Assembly (NCBI GenBank): GCA_963796275.1
Contig: CAWCKY010000006.1
Coordinates: 2,688,001-2,752,000, forward strand
Length of the DNA stretch: 64,000 bases
Direction: 5' to 3'
Origin: an uncultured Acidobacteriota bacterium
Lineage (GTDB): Bacteria > Acidobacteriota > Blastocatellia > RBC074
The notes beneath the pieces were generated by a model. That model was not told the origin of the DNA, ran no database searches, and saw nothing but the letters and a program-made list of their open reading frames with translations. A program made the translations under genes and the position numbers. How positions within the stretch are numbered: the stretch's first letter is position 1; each line of letters opens with the position of its first letter. Positions 1-16,103 of the stretch are shown one piece after another.

Positions 1-186
1 CAGGTCGCGGTATTCGATAAAGGTGAAGACCGCCTCCTGCACCCGGTCTGCATTCATCCGGCACGACCAGCAGGCGGTCAAATGTGCCTGTACCAGCGCG
101 GCCTCCTTCGAGGGAAGTTCGCCGTCCAGATAGAGCAACAGCGTCCCTTCCGCCGGATGGCCTTTATTTTCATCCCAGCATCTCAT
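1..186 (-). CDS. zf-HC2 anti-sigma factor, N-terminal part (runs off window edge)
   Basis: Manual translation from ATG 186: MRCWDENKGHPAEGTLLLYLDGELPSKEAALVQAHLTACWSCR... Contains YLDGEL and the HxxxCxxC zinc motif; lies directly downstream of the ECF sigma gene. Confidence 0.85.
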   Translation of the reverse strand, partial: MRCWDENKGHPAEGTLLLYLDGELPSKEAALVQAHLTACWSCRMNADRVQEAVFTFIEYRDL

Positions 187-190
187 TTCA

Positions 191-790
191 TTACTCCGTA
201 TGAATCTTCATCAATTTACGCAAAGCTCGCTGTAAAAATTCGCCTACCGTTGACGTCCCGACGCCGAGTATCTCGCCGATCTCGCGGTAACGCAGCCCCT
301 CAGCGCGCAAGAGCAGACATTGCCGTTCCTGCGGCGATAACCACTGCAACGCCGAATGCAGGCGTTCAAGCCGCTCGCGCTGCAATGCGCGCTGTTCGGG
401 ATTGAGTGACGGGTCAGGCAGTACAGAGCAGATTTCGTCCCACGTCGGCGCATCGAGCCGCGCCAATCGCTGATGCCGCTGCCGCTCGTCAAAGGCCAGA
501 TTATGCGCGACACGGAAGACCCAGACCCGCACATTCTCGACCGGGCGACCTCGATGCAGATGGGAGTACAGACGCAAAAAAACCTCCTGCGTTAGATCGT
601 CAGCGGCGGAAGCGTCACCGAGAAAAGCCATCAGGTAGTAATATACCGGTAACCGTAGCGCCAGAAATATTCGCGTAACTCGCTGCTCAAGCGTCTCGTT
701 CTCCTGCACAAGGGGAATCCCCTCTAGTTCCAGGCACAGTTCACCCTTCACATCCTCACGGGAATTCCGGTTGAAATATCGAAGTGCCAT
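191..790 (-). CDS. ECF (sigma-70 family) RNA polymerase sigma factor
   Basis: Region 2 (ADDLTQEVFLRLY...WVFRVAHNL) and region 4 (LSPQERQCLLLRAEGLRYREIGEILG). Confidence 0.92.
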   Translation of the reverse strand: MALRYFNRNSREDVKGELCLELEGIPLVQENETLEQRVTRIFLALRLPVYYYLMAFLGDASAADDLTQEVFLRLYSHLHRGRPVENVRVWVFRVAHNLAFDERQRHQRLARLDAPTWDEICSVLPDPSLNPEQRALQRERLERLHSALQWLSPQERQCLLLRAEGLRYREIGEILGVGTSTVGEFLQRALRKLMKIHTE

Positions 791-1033
791 CTCTGTGCCT
801 TAAACGATTCAGATTGGAATTAAGACTGCTATATACAAAGACTGCCGGATCGGATTTTTAACGACACCTCTATAAAAAAGAGAGCGATTTTTTTGAAGTG
901 GTTTCGGGGGTGTTATGAATTGTTCTAATTCTGGGATAGTCGGGACAAGGTTTAATACGGTGGCATTCTTTCAAAACTATAGATTCGCCCGGAGCGTTTG
1001 CAGAGCTGTCTATGACAAAAATTCGATTCTTCC

Positions 1034-1340
1034 TTATGTACTTGCAGTTAAGCTCGGGGGCCTGTTGGATTTCAGAAAATGGACTTCGATGGCCGGTGTC
1101 TGCGACATCATCAACATCGGGTATTGATGATAGTTAGATTGCGCCACGCGGCCATCTTTGAAGGATATTTCCTGGAAGGATATTTCCTGCAATGAAATCT
1201 GCCAGAAGCAATGCAGGGGCCGCCATGCGACCGCCTTGTGCCAGCGCCGCCGCCTTTGGATTCAGGCCGAGCATGAACCCGCCACCGGCCAGCGCAGAGA
1301 CGCGAAGAAAATTGCGACGATTAAGATTCGTCTTTGCCAT
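1034..1340 (-). pseudogene. Internally deleted second iorB-type molybdopterin subunit (Tat N-terminus fused to C-terminal remnant)
   Basis: N-terminus MAKTNLNRRNFLRVSALAGGGFMLG matches the start of the 5403 gene. Bases 1034-1189 in another frame give QEISFKDGRVAQSNYHQYPMLMMSQTPAIEVHFLKSNRPP, matching the C-terminus of the 3177 gene. Confidence 0.85.
1160..1189. repeat. 15-bp perfect tandem duplication (GAAGGATATTTCCTG x2) at the iorB deletion junction
   Basis: Read directly at 1160-1174 and 1175-1189. Confidence 0.9.
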
Positions 1341-1349
1341 GAATCCGCC

Positions 1350-2604
1350 TTATCTGCCCTTCACGTCATAGCATGTCAGTTCATTCTGATTGCGGATGTA
1401 AAGCTTGCCGCCGATGATCACCGGATGCGCCCAGCTATCCCAGCCCCGGTCATTGATCGGGAAGCGGCCTTTCTCGACGTAGGCATTCGGATTGGCTTCG
1501 GCCAGCCCCACCAGTTGTTTTTCGCCGAGCAGGTACAACATCCCGTCCGCGTAACCGATCGAGCCTTTACCGACGCTGCGGTCTTTCCACATCACTTTGC
1601 CAGTGTTGAATTCGATGCAGGTCAGAATCGCATTGGAGAAACCGTAGAGATATCCATTCACCAAAACCATTCCGCCGTGATGATTCATCATCTCTTTCGT
1701 GAAGTAGGCTTCTTCCGCTTTGACCTCGCCGTTCTGCGCCGTCAGGTTAAGCAAGGCTCCGCCCGTTCCGTACGCCGACGAGAAAAAGACTTTGTTGTCG
1801 GCGAAGATCGGCGTCGTGCAATTGGCGACGCGATTGGCGACGTTGGCGTAGCGCCACATCAGCTTGCCATCGCTGGCGCGCACGCCGACTGCCGCGGTTG
1901 AAGTGAAGTTGACGTAGCTGCGCACGCCGCCCACTTCCGCGATGATGCAGGAGGCATAGCCCGCCGGATCGCTCAACTCTTTTGTGCGCCAGATTTCCGC
2001 GCCGGTCATTTTGTCCAGCGCCACAATGCCTGCGTTGCTGCCGCCGGGCGAAACAATCAAACGATTGCCGTCTACCAGCGGCGATTCGCTGATCAGCCAT
2101 TTTGGGTTGCTGGCCGCCATACTCTTTCAGAATGTTTTTGCTCCACACGCGCGAGCCGTCGCGCTCGCGCAAGCAAGCCAGATCGCCGTTTTCGGTCAGC
2201 ACATAAAGTCTGTCTCCATCCAGCGTCGGGGTGGCGCGTGGGCCGTTTCCCTTGTCCTGATCTACCTTCGCCCCGAACGCGACTGACCAGATCGTCTTGC
2301 CATCGGCGCGGTTCAAACAGAAGACAGCGCTCTTGGCCTCGCCCGCCGCCTCGCTCGTTCCCTGCACATAAATGCGATCCCCTCTGAGGGACGGGGAGCC
2401 GTAGCCTTCGCCGAGATTCGCGATTGACCAGGTCACAGCAGGCCCTTTCTCAGGCCATTGCTTGAGCAGCCCAGTCTCACTCGATAATCCATTGCGCAGC
2501 GGGCCACGCCACTGCGGCCAATCGGCTGCGGGCGCGGTACTGCCTAGCTTGATAGTCAGCAAAGCGAAACCGCAGATCAGCATAAACGAAAATAAAACCT
2601 TCAT
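1350..2604 (-). CDS. PQQ-binding-like beta-propeller protein (BamB-like), one frameshift near 2113
   Basis: Signal peptide, DWPQWRGP, GYGSP, GPRATP and WAHPVI motifs. ORFs 1747..2604 and 1350..2120 join (KEYGG-SNPKWLISESP) if one extra C is removed. Confidence 0.8.
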
Positions 2605-2615
2605 AGACTCTCTCC

Positions 2616-3154
2616 TTATTTGTTGCCGCCTTTGCGGGGTAACAGGTTTGCTCCTGCGTCTGAAGCCTTCGTGCCTGTTTTGGCCGGTTGAGCCGCCTTT
2701 GAAGCCGTGAGTTCAGCGGCTTTGTGAATGGCTTCGCGTATGCGCAAATAGGTGCCGCAACGGCACAGGTTACCATTCATCGCAGTGTCAATATCTGCAT
2801 CAGTCGGCTTGGGTGTTTTCGCAAGCAATGCGCACGCCGACATAATTTGTCCGGCCTGGCAGTAACCGCATTGCGGCACGTCGAGGGCTTTCCAGGCGAC
2901 TTGCACGGTTTGCGTGCCTTTGCCGAAAGTCCTTCAATCGTCGTTACGGACATATACGCTGCAGCCGACACCGGCGTCAAGCACGCGCGCACAGGGCTGT
3001 CATTCAGATGGATGGTACACGCGCCGGAAAAGCCCATGCCGCAGCCGAACTTCGTGCCTTTGAGATCGTGTTCGTCCCGCAAAACCCAGAGCAGCGGCAT
3101 TTCGAGATCGCCGTCAAATTGCTGGTTCTTATCGTTTAGTTTTAGTTTTATCAT
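2616..3154 (-). pseudogene. (2Fe-2S) small subunit IorA/CoxS-type, copy 2, frameshifted
   Basis: Paralog of the 5413 gene split over two ORFs near 2910. First cluster motif is CGMGFSGAC (Cys to Ser); QCGYC and NLCRC are retained. Confidence 0.8.
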
Positions 3155-3176
3155 TAGTTTTCTCTGCAAAAAGCGG

Positions 3177-5403
<2,227 letters not shown>

Positions 5404-5412
5404 GGGTTCTCC

Positions 5413-5940
5413 TTACTTCTTGTTGGGTAACAAGGGTGCGCTTGCACGCGTTGCTTGGTTTACCGGTTTGTTCGCCGTTTTCTCAGGTCTCATCTCCGCC
5501 GCTTTGTGAACTGCCGCGCGAATGCGCAAATACGTCCCACAGCGACACAGGTTGCCGTTCATCGCTTCATCAATCTCCGCATCTGTCGGCTTTGGCGTTT
5601 TCGCCAGCAACGCACACGCCGACATGATTTGTCCCGCCTGGCAGTAACCGCATTGCGGTACATCTAGGTCTTGCCAAGCGACTTGGACGGGATGTGAACC
5701 ATCAGGCGAAATACCTTCAATCGTCGTGACGGACTTATTCGCCACCGCCGACACCGGCGTAAAGCAGGCGCGCGTCGGCTGTCCATTCACATGCACGGTA
5801 CAGGCGCCACACAATCCCATGCCGCAACCGAACTTCGTGCCTTTGAGATCCAGTTCATCCCGCAACACCCAGAGCAGCGGCATTTCTGGGTCGCCGTCAA
5901 ATTGACGGTTCTTTCCGTTTACTTTCAGTTTAATCATAAT
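5413..5940 (-). CDS. iorA: (2Fe-2S)-binding small subunit (IorA/CoxS family)
   Basis: [22 protein letters not shown] and GNLCRC motifs; AAGGAG RBS upstream. Exact start codon approximate. Confidence 0.88.
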   Translation of the reverse strand: MMIKLKVNGKNRQFDGDPEMPLLWVLRDELDLKGTKFGCGMGLCGACTVHVNGQPTRACFTPVSAVANKSVTTIEGISPDGSHPVQVAWQDLDVPQCGYCQAGQIMSACALLAKTPKPTDAEIDEAMNGNLCRCGTYLRIRAAVHKAAEMRPEKTANKPVNQATRASAPLLPNKK

Positions 5941-5969
5941 TTTCTCCTTAAACCCCAGTGCAGTCACTG

Positions 5970-7064
<1,095 letters not shown>

Positions 7065-7113
7065 CAAATCCCCCAACCAATAAATGGCGATATGCTTGAT
7101 TTCTGCGTTTGCT

Positions 7114-8052
<939 letters not shown>

Positions 8053-8192
8053 AAGTTCCTCCACTTCTTTGTATTCTTTATTTGGCATAACAGCCCTTAC
8101 CTCTGAAAGACTTCTTCGGCTACCCCAATCGCGGTAACCGCATCAGGCCAGCCCGCAAGTAAATAGGATGGCTACGATCAGCCTCGACTAGG

Positions 8193-9839
8193 CTAGCGAG
8201 GCTTCGCCGCCTTGGCGGCCTCCTCGGTTACATCCAGACGCGCTTTCCTGGGATCGGGGGCGGCGACCGGCGAACCGTCGGGCCGGACCTCAAGGATCTC
8301 GTTCTTGCTGGGATCGTGACGCGGCCATCTCGGCAGGCCTGGACCATTAGGGTCGCCCGTCTTGGCGAAGTTGGCCCAATAGGTGTTGACCGTCCGGGCG
8401 ACTGCCTGGTCCTGGGGCGTCAAGGTGGCCCCGCGGCGGGCGCCCAGCGTGTCGAAGGCGTAAGGGATTTCTGCGCCATGCGGCACGCCGTTCCGCCACC
8501 GCTCCTTCATCGAGGCTGGGATGTAGGAGAAGCGATACACGTAGGCGGGCGCGCCGTTGGCGACGAAGGCGCTCGCGGTGAAGCGGGCCGGCTCGGTCTG
8601 GACCCGATCGGTACCGGCCATCACGAGCAGAGTCCTGAGTTCGGTGGTTCCGTCGGGGTCATATGCCGCGATCGCCTCGGCTTTTCGCTCCCCGAACTGG
8701 GCGAACAGCGCTTCCTTCGTGTCCGCGCTGATGAAGCCGACGAAATCGGCGCTGTTGGCTCCGATTATCAGCGGAACTCGCAACTGGCGCCCTGCCTCGT
8801 ATGCGATCTGGGCCGTCTCCATACTCAGCCGGCCATCGAGGATCGGACCCGAGTAGGTGACCGGTCCGCCCGGGCCCGCGCTTTCCTGACCTCCGTCTAC
8901 GATCTCGGCGGCGCTGAGCGCGCGCAGCTTGGCCAGTGCGGCCGCATCCACCCCATCGATCCCATACCTGCGCGCGAAGTTCACGCCGATCGTCTCCGCC
9001 GACACTGGATACAGCGGATCGACACCGTCCGCGTGCATCGGTCGCCCGGTGAGCACGCCGTCCCGACCGCCGCCGGACTGAATGATCGCCTTCTGGAACA
9101 GGCCACGCGAAAGCGGCGAGGTCAGGTGCGTATGCACCGAGACGCCGCCCGCGGACTCGCCGAAGATGGTGACATTCTTCGGATCGCCTCCGAATGCGGC
9201 GATGTTCCGCTGCACCCACTTGAGGGCGGTAATCTGGTCCATGTAGGCGTAGTTGCCTTTGAGCTCCTTAGGATGCTCGCGGCTCAGCGCGGGGAACGCG
9301 AAGAACCCGAGGCGCCCGAGACGGTAGTTGAAGGTGACCAGGACGACGCCTTGCTTGGCGAACTGTCCCCCCGAGAAGTCCGGCTGTGAGCCGCTGCCGA
9401 ACACGAAGGCGCCGCCGTGAATCCACATCATAACCGGCAGCTTTGCCCCCGGCGCGGCCGCGGCCGGTCGCCATACATTCATAAACAGGCAATCTTCCGA
9501 CGAGTTCGGCGAGAGCGGCGCAGAGCCGCGTGGAAAGCCTGCCTGCGGACAGTCCGCCCCGAACTTGCTCGCATCACGCTCACCTCGCCACGCCGGCACG
9601 GGTTGAGACGGGCGCCAGCGATTGGCGCCGACCGGCGCAGCGGCATAGGGAATCCCCTTGAAGCTGGAGACATCCCCTTCGGTAACACCGCCCACGATGC
9701 CGGAGGCGGTGCGAACCGTCGGCGTCGCGGGCGTGGGCTCTGGCTTGCTCTTATCGGTTTCCTGTCCGCTTGCTGAAGTAAAAAGGATGGCTGCAATCAG
9801 CCAGAGCGCGATGAATAATTTTTGATGCCTCGTATTCAT
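8193..9839 (-). CDS. Type-B carboxylesterase (pNB esterase-like), secreted
   Basis: FKGIPYA, SEDCL, WIHGGAF, FGESAGG, HGAEI and NFAKTGDPN motifs; N-terminal signal peptide. Confidence 0.92.
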   Translation of the reverse strand: MNTRHQKLFIALWLIAAILFTSASGQETDKSKPEPTPATPTVRTASGIVGGVTEGDVSSFKGIPYAAAPVGANRWRPSQPVPAWRGERDASKFGADCPQAGFPRGSAPLSPNSSEDCLFMNVWRPAAAAPGAKLPVMMWIHGGAFVFGSGSQPDFSGGQFAKQGVVLVTFNYRLGRLGFFAFPALSREHPKELKGNYAYMDQITALKWVQRNIAAFGGDPKNVTIFGESAGGVSVHTHLTSPLSRGLFQKAIIQSGGGRDGVLTGRPMHADGVDPLYPVSAETIGVNFARRYGIDGVDAAALAKLRALSAAEIVDGGQESAGPGGPVTYSGPILDGRLSMETAQIAYEAGRQLRVPLIIGANSADFVGFISADTKEALFAQFGERKAEAIAAYDPDGTTELRTLLVMAGTDRVQTEPARFTASAFVANGAPAYVYRFSYIPASMKERWRNGVPHGAEIPYAFDTLGARRGATLTPQDQAVARTVNTYWANFAKTGDPNGPGLPRWPRHDPSKNEILEVRPDGSPVAAPDPRKARLDVTEEAAKAAKPR

Positions 9840-9959
9840 AGAATCCTTCCGTATGATCCCTGCAATAGACCGCCCCGAAACGCAATGCCGCACATCAATG
9901 CGACAATGAATCGCAATCTCACCGGCGGGTGATTCCGTCGCCGGGCCGACTGTCGCCTG

Positions 9960-11063
9960 TCACTTCAAGGCTTTGTCGAAGAACTCTTTCAGCTTCGCGA
10001 CCGCAGGTGTCACATACTGCGGCCTGTCATACAGATCGATGTGCGTGGCGCCCTCGACGATGAAGAGTTCCTTCGGCTGCCGCGCCTTCTCCATGACTTC
10101 CTTGCTCCATAAGAGCGTATCGGCCTGCGAGCCGGCGATGAGCAAAAGTGGACGCGGGGAAATCGTCTCGAGCTGATTGAAGGGGAAGAAGGCCATCTGC
10201 AGCGGAAGGCTGGAGATGGCGTACTTGTTCGGCGAGTTCGGATGCTGAGCGCGCGCCGTGCGGTAATAGTCGTAGCCCTCGCGGTAGAGCTGCGGCGTGC
10301 TCTCTGTGAAGCTGGCCGGGCTGTCCGGCACCACCGACACCATTTGCACGGGCTCGCCACGGGCTTCGCGAGACCGCGCCTCGCTGGCGGTATTCAGGCG
10401 CTTCATTCGCTCCTCGTAGGAGATCGTACCCATGCCCTCGCGGCGTGCTTCGCCGAGGTTGAACGTGCTCACGGCCGCGACTGCTTTCACCCGCAGTTCG
10501 GTCTGCGCGTTGCACAGCGCATAGCTGCCGCCGGCGCAGATGCCGAGCGAAGCGATACGGTTCGGGTCGACTTGCGGTTGTTGAACCAGGAAGTCAATGG
10601 CGCAACTGATGTCGTCCAGTCGCTGGGCCGGAACCTCCATCAGGCGCGGCTCACCACCACTCTCGCCCTGGTATGAAGCGTCATACGCGAGGGTGATGAA
10701 GCCCTGCTCGGCCAGGCGCTGGGCATAAAGACCTGCCGTCTGTTCCTTCACGCCGCCGAAAGGATGGGTTACGACAATCGCCGCGTACTTCTTGCTTCTA
10801 TCGAACCCGGCCGGTTTGAATAAATTGGCGACGATCATCGTTCCCATGTTCCTGGCCGGATAGGTGACACGCTCGATCTGGAGCCCGGTCTTATTGGGAT
10901 ACCCGATCACTGCTGGCTGCTTCACCGGACCGGCGCTCCTGGTATGGGCCGGCGCCTCCCCTGAAGCCGGCAATCCAGCGTTTACAAAGGCAGCGGCGGG
11001 AACCCCAACTAATGACGCGCCGATGAATCTGCGGCGTCCCTGATTAAGAACTTCATTACTCAT
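9960..11063 (-). CDS. Alpha/beta hydrolase (YcjY/dienelactone hydrolase-like, Cys nucleophile) with twin-Arg signal
   Basis: GRRRFIG; HPFGGVKEQTAG, GESGGEPR, GICAGG and GATHIDLYD motifs. Confidence 0.88.
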   Translation of the reverse strand: MSNEVLNQGRRRFIGASLVGVPAAAFVNAGLPASGEAPAHTRSAGPVKQPAVIGYPNKTGLQIERVTYPARNMGTMIVANLFKPAGFDRSKKYAAIVVTHPFGGVKEQTAGLYAQRLAEQGFITLAYDASYQGESGGEPRLMEVPAQRLDDISCAIDFLVQQPQVDPNRIASLGICAGGSYALCNAQTELRVKAVAAVSTFNLGEARREGMGTISYEERMKRLNTASEARSREARGEPVQMVSVVPDSPASFTESTPQLYREGYDYYRTARAQHPNSPNKYAISSLPLQMAFFPFNQLETISPRPLLLIAGSQADTLLWSKEVMEKARQPKELFIVEGATHIDLYDRPQYVTPAVAKLKEFFDKALK

Positions 11064-11152
11064 GGCTTACTCCTAAATGACTTGTAAATTAAGCGGGACA
11101 TACTCGGGCCTACGCTCGCGCGCGACGGCTCCCGCGATACGTCGTCTGTCCC

Positions 11153-12037
11153 TCATTTCTTCTCGAATACTTCCTTGGCCACTGCAATTGCGGACACCGC
11201 GTTAGGCCAACCAGCGTAAAACGCCATATGGGTAATGGTCTCGACTACTTCCTCTTGTGTCACGCCATTGGTGCGCGCTCGCGCAATGTGAGATCGAAGT
11301 TGTTCGGGACGGTTCATGGCAATCAGCGCCGCCACTGTTACCAGGCTGCGGTCACGCTTTGATAGCTGCGGACGTTCCCAGACATCGCCGTAGAGCACAT
11401 TGTCGGTAATCTCAGCCAATTTGGGAGAGAAGTCGCCAATTGCTCTTTGCGACGGTCTACTTTCACCAGCGGCAGGCGCAGAGGGTGCGGCCACTTGAGC
11501 GCGGACTGGCGCGCTGTATTGCGCATCGCTGACCTTTTCCATCCATTCGACTCGTTTGCCGTCGAGCTGTTGTTCGGTCAGGGCGATGTGCGTCATTGCG
11601 GCGTTGGCGGAGGCTCCGTGCCAGTGTTTCGTGTTGGGCGGAATCTGGACAACATCCCCGGTTCTGATTTCCTGCGTCGGGCCGCCCCAGTGCTGCACCC
11701 AGCCTACGCCCGCCGTCACGATGAGCGTCTGCCCTAACGGATGGGTATGCCACGCCGTCCGTGCTCCCGGCGCAAAGGTGACGCGCGCGCCAGCCAGCCG
11801 CGACGGTTCAATCATCGGCGCTAACGGCTGGATGCCGACCGATCCCGTAAAGTTTTCGACTGTTCTCATCTCAGGCGGCTGGGAACTGTTGCGCGTGACG
11901 CGAATAGCCTGCGCGCTTTGAGCGGCGGCGGCGGTTTCTGAAGTAGTAGCTGACCCATTTGTCTGGGCGGACGCCACAGAGAGAAGGGAGAGCGTGATGG
12001 CAGCTGCGGCGAACAGATTCATTTTCGTGCTTTTCAT
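11153..12037 (-). CDS. Cupin + carboxymuconolactone decarboxylase (CMD) fusion with signal peptide
   Basis: Cupin motifs [14 protein letters not shown] and HWHGA; CMD motif [14 protein letters not shown]...FYAGWP. Confidence 0.88.
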   Translation of the reverse strand: MKSTKMNLFAAAAITLSLLSVASAQTNGSATTSETAAAAQSAQAIRVTRNSSQPPEMRTVENFTGSVGIQPLAPMIEPSRLAGARVTFAPGARTAWHTHPLGQTLIVTAGVGWVQHWGGPTQEIRTGDVVQIPPNTKHWHGASANAAMTHIALTEQQLDGKRVEWMEKVSDAQYSAPVRAQVAAPSAPAAGESRPSQRAIGDFSPKLAEITDNVLYGDVWERPQLSKRDRSLVTVAALIAMNRPEQLRSHIARARTNGVTQEEVVETITHMAFYAGWPNAVSAIAVAKEVFEKK

Positions 12038-12059
12038 TTTCGTCCTTTCATTTCAGTCA

Positions 12060-12386
<327 letters not shown>

Positions 12387-12513
12387 TTATGAGTGCAATT
12401 CTAAAGCTTCAGGGAGAGAGTGCGATAAGACGATACTGGCTAATAATTGTACGATCCTGCAAAATCTCGGTGAGTAGCGTGCGGATACAAACCAAAGAGG
12501 GTAAGATAAATTT

Positions 12514-13440
12514 ATGAAGCAACAAGAAGCGAAACGTGAAGCGCAAAGGACGCAAAGCAACAGAGAAGAACTGGCTGAGCGAATCGCACAAGCCCTTCCC
12601 GAAGACGGAACATTGGATGTCTCCCCCAGCTTTCGCCTCGCTCGTTCATCCAGACCGACCGAGCCGATTCATTCCATGTACCAGCCGGCCTTTTGCGTTG
12701 TCGCCCAGGGCCGCAAACAAGCGCTTTTAGGCGAGGAAGTATTCCGATACGATCCGGGACATTACTTGATCTACACAATTGATTTGCCCCTCACCTTCCA
12801 AGTGGAAGAAGCGTCAAAGGAACGACCCTATCTCGGTTTCCGGCTAAACCTGGATTCTTCTCTTGTCGCCTCAGTCATGATGGAATCCGGCATCGAACCG
12901 AAAAAGGGCCACTTGAGCATGAAGGCGATGGACGTCAGCCCGATGGACGCCAATCTATTGGACGCGGTTGTCAGATTGGTCCGGCTGCTCGACACGCCGG
13001 ATGAGGGCAAGGTTCTCGCGCCGCTCATCATCCGGGAGATCGTTTTCCGGCTTTTGTCGGCGGGGCAGGGCGCGCGGCTCAGCCACCTGCTGGCTTTAGG
13101 AGCAGACACGCATCGCATTTCCAAAGCGATCGGCTTCTTGCGCGAAAACTTTGACCAGCCGCTCAGAATAGATGACATCGCGCGCGAACTCGGAATGAGC
13201 GTTTCCGGCTTCCATCACCACTTCAAGTCCGTAACGGCGATGAGCCCTTTGCAGTTTCAGAAGCAGATACGGCTGCAGGAGGCGCGCCGCCTGATGCTCG
13301 GCGAAGACCTGGATGCGGCGAGCGCCGGGGTCCGCGTGGGCTATGAGGATCCCTCGTACTTTAGCCGCGAGTACAAAAAGCTTTTCGGCGCTCCGCCGCT
13401 TCGTGACATCGCCAAGTTGCGCAGCAACCTTGAACTTTAA
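12514..13440 (+). CDS. AraC family transcriptional regulator (YqhC-like, AraC_N domain)
   Basis: VVAQGRK and EASKERPYL; double HTH MSVSGFHHHFKSVTAMSPLQFQK...VGYEDPSYFSREYKKLFG. Divergent from the hydrolase/AKR run. Confidence 0.92.
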   Translation: MKQQEAKREAQRTQSNREELAERIAQALPEDGTLDVSPSFRLARSSRPTEPIHSMYQPAFCVVAQGRKQALLGEEVFRYDPGHYLIYTIDLPLTFQVEEASKERPYLGFRLNLDSSLVASVMMESGIEPKKGHLSMKAMDVSPMDANLLDAVVRLVRLLDTPDEGKVLAPLIIREIVFRLLSAGQGARLSHLLALGADTHRISKAIGFLRENFDQPLRIDDIARELGMSVSGFHHHFKSVTAMSPLQFQKQIRLQEARRLMLGEDLDAASAGVRVGYEDPSYFSREYKKLFGAPPLRDIAKLRSNLEL

Positions 13441-13749
13441 ACCTTTCAACGCTCGGCCATTTCATTATTGTGTGCTGCGCTTCTCGCCCGCTACCGGACT
13501 CCGAAACCGGCGAGCCCTGTGACGCGCCCCCGAATTTCTGGGTGTTATAAGCTCGGCTCGATCATCAATTTGATGGATTATGAATTTGATCGGCATTACC
13601 TGCTATTGCTGATTTGGCGTAATCCGAATGCCGGAACTGATAAGACCCGACAGCCGTTTGTAGCCAAGCCGACTTGCCTATAGTGACCTTTATCTCACTA
13701 TTCGATAAATAAAAGTTGGATGAGCGGCTCGTTATCGGCTCGTCATATC

Positions 13750-13802
13750 TTTATCAAATTTTTATAGATCGTTTATCACTTTTATACGGCCCGTGCTAGC
13801 CT
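13750..13802 (+). promoter_or_regulatory. Putative KdpE box A plus -10 element
   Basis: TTTAT at 13750, 13761, 13772 and 13781, then 11 nt, then TAGCCT (13797-13802). Same architecture as boxes B-D. Confidence 0.7.
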
Positions 13803-13850
13803 GAAAAGGTGACTCCCGCTTATAGTCATCAGAGCGCGGTTCCGTTTGAA

Positions 13851-14129
13851 ATGACTGGACGCGGCACAAAAGTGGCGGCGGCCCTTGTCAGGCTTTCTTC
13901 CACCTCCTTGTTGAGGGCGCTGACGGTCGACCTTAATGATCTCACTTCGACAGCTTACGAGATCGGCAGCATCACCGAGCAGGTGAGCGGCGACTGCATT
14001 GAATCGGTTCTTGGTAGAGAGAAACTTCCCGGCTGGTTCTTGGTGTTCGGCAGGTCAATTGTCCGGTCTGTCCTGGCCATCGGCTGCGTCATCTCGATGA
14101 GTTTTTCTCGAAACAAAATAACAAAATAG
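13851..14129 (+). pseudogene. Diverged N-terminal fragment of an acidobacterial-type APC permease
   Basis: TKVAAALVRLSSTSLLRALTVDLNDLTSTAYEIGSITEQVSG resembles the recalled TM1 region of kdp-linked APC permeases (LSFISFWRAAAIVLNDLASSAYYAGGIAEQAIG). Memory-based comparison. Confidence 0.45.
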
Positions 14130-14135
14130 ACAGTT

Positions 14136-16103
14136 ATGGTCGAATCAACAATTTCGGAAAAGAGGTCTTTCAGCTCATTCAAGCAATGGTTATTAAAAGG
14201 TCAAGTTGAAGAGGTGGAAGGTCCGTACAAACGGGAGAGGAGTTCCCACAAGCACACCTGGTGGCAAGTCATGTGTTTAACCGGGGTCGATTATTTCTCG
14301 ACCCTCGGATATCAGCCGGGCATCGCCTTTCTGGCTGCCGGCGCCCTTTCTCCTATCGCGACTCTGATTCTCGTGCTCTTGACGCTCTTCGGAGCATTGC
14401 CGATTTACCGGCGTGTGGCGCAGGAGAGCCCGCACGGCGAGGGGTCGATCTCGATGCTCGAAGACCTGCTTCCCCGCTGGCGTGGCAAACTATTCGTGCT
14501 GGTTTTGCTGGGATTCGTCGCGACAGATTTCGTCATCACGATCACGCTTTCGGCGGCGGACGCGACCGCGCACGTGATCGAAAACCCGCTCGTCCCACAT
14601 TTTCTGCACAATCATCGGGTGGCGGTAACGCTCCTGCTGGTTGCCATCCTGGGCGGTATCTTTCTGAAGGGATTTAAGGAAGCGATTGGACTGGCGGTCT
14701 TACTGGTCGCCATCTATCTCCTGCTCAACTTAGTGGTGGTTGGCGTTGGACTTTATCAAATTCTGACTCATCCTCAAGTGCTCTCTGCCTGGAAGGAGGC
14801 GGTGTTTCAAATGCCCAAGGTCCATGGCAATCCGTTCCTGGCAGTGGCCGTCTCGTTATTGTTATTTCCCAAACTGGCCCTCGGTCTTTCCGGATTCGAG
14901 ACCGGGGTCGCTGTCATGCCTTTGGTCAAAGGCGATGTCCATGATGATCCCAAAAAACCTGCCGGCCGCATCCGCAATACTCATCGATTATTGCTGACCG
15001 CGGCTCTGATTATGAGCTTGATGCTGATCGCCAGCAGTCTGGTGACGACCATGCTGATCCCACCCGAGTTGTTTCAACCGGCGATTGGTGGTCGCCCGGC
15101 GGGAGATGCCAACGGGCGCGCGTTGGCCTATTTGGCTCATCTATATCTGGGGGAAGCCTTCGGCACGATCTATGATTTGAGCACGATTGCGATCTTATGG
15201 TTTGCCGGCGCTTCGGCTATGGCCGGCCTGCTCAATATCGTGCCGCGTTATCTGCCGCGCTATGGGATGGCCCCGGATTGGGCGCGAGCGACCAGACCTT
15301 TGGTCTTCGTCTTCACAGCCATTGCTTTTGCGGTGACCGTCATTTTTAAGGCCGATGTCGATGCGCAGGGAGGGGCATACGCGACCGGCGTGTTGGTGTT
15401 GATGACCTCTGCCGCCATCGCGGTGACGCTCTCCGTCTGGCGAGAGGGTGCGATCAGATGGGTCTTCTTATCGATCACTATTGTCTTCGGCTATACGACG
15501 ATTGCAAATATTATCGAGCGGCCGGAAGGCATCAAAGTGGCGGCCTTCTTTATCGGAGCTATTATCATTACTTCATTCGGTTCGCGAGCTCTGCGCTCAA
15601 CCGAGTTGCGCGTCGAGAGAGTCGAATTGAACCCCTCCGCCAAAGAATATATCGATGAAGCCAAGAAAGGCACCATCAGGATCATCGCCAACCGTCCTGA
15701 TCGCGGCGACCTAGATGAGTACCGCTTGAAAGAGAAGCAGGAGCGCTGGAACAACCACATCCCGGCCGACGACCCGGTGCTGTTCTTCGAGGTTAGGCCG
15801 GGGGATGCTTCGGATTTCTCCGATGTGCTCAGAGTGCGGGGGGTACAGATCGGGCCATACCGCATCTTACGCACAAAAAGCCCGGCCGTGCCGAACGCCA
15901 TCGCCGCCTTCCTGCTGCATGTTCGCGATGGGACGGAACAAATTCCACACGTCTATTTTGGTTGGACGGAAGGCAATCCATTCTGGTACGTGCTGAAATT
16001 CATCTTTTTCGGCGAAGGCGATACGGCTCCAGTCACACACGAAATTCTGCGACAGGGGGAGCCTGAGCCATCCCGGCGTCCGGCAGTCCATGTCGGCGGA
16101 TGA
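14136..16103 (+). CDS. APC-superfamily transporter, KimA/KUP-like probable K+ transporter
   Basis: About 12 TM segments; TM1 DYFSTLGY (D-x6-Y), TM3 TDFVIT, TM6 SGFE, TM10 AYATGV; soluble C-terminal domain. Confidence 0.8.
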   Translation: MVESTISEKRSFSSFKQWLLKGQVEEVEGPYKRERSSHKHTWWQVMCLTGVDYFSTLGYQPGIAFLAAGALSPIATLILVLLTLFGALPIYRRVAQESPHGEGSISMLEDLLPRWRGKLFVLVLLGFVATDFVITITLSAADATAHVIENPLVPHFLHNHRVAVTLLLVAILGGIFLKGFKEAIGLAVLLVAIYLLLNLVVVGVGLYQILTHPQVLSAWKEAVFQMPKVHGNPFLAVAVSLLLFPKLALGLSGFETGVAVMPLVKGDVHDDPKKPAGRIRNTHRLLLTAALIMSLMLIASSLVTTMLIPPELFQPAIGGRPAGDANGRALAYLAHLYLGEAFGTIYDLSTIAILWFAGASAMAGLLNIVPRYLPRYGMAPDWARATRPLVFVFTAIAFAVTVIFKADVDAQGGAYATGVLVLMTSAAIAVTLSVWREGAIRWVFLSITIVFGYTTIANIIERPEGIKVAAFFIGAIIITSFGSRALRSTELRVERVELNPSAKEYIDEAKKGTIRIIANRPDRGDLDEYRLKEKQERWNNHIPADDPVLFFEVRPGDASDFSDVLRVRGVQIGPYRILRTKSPAVPNAIAAFLLHVRDGTEQIPHVYFGWTEGNPFWYVLKFIFFGEGDTAPVTHEILRQGEPEPSRRPAVHVGG

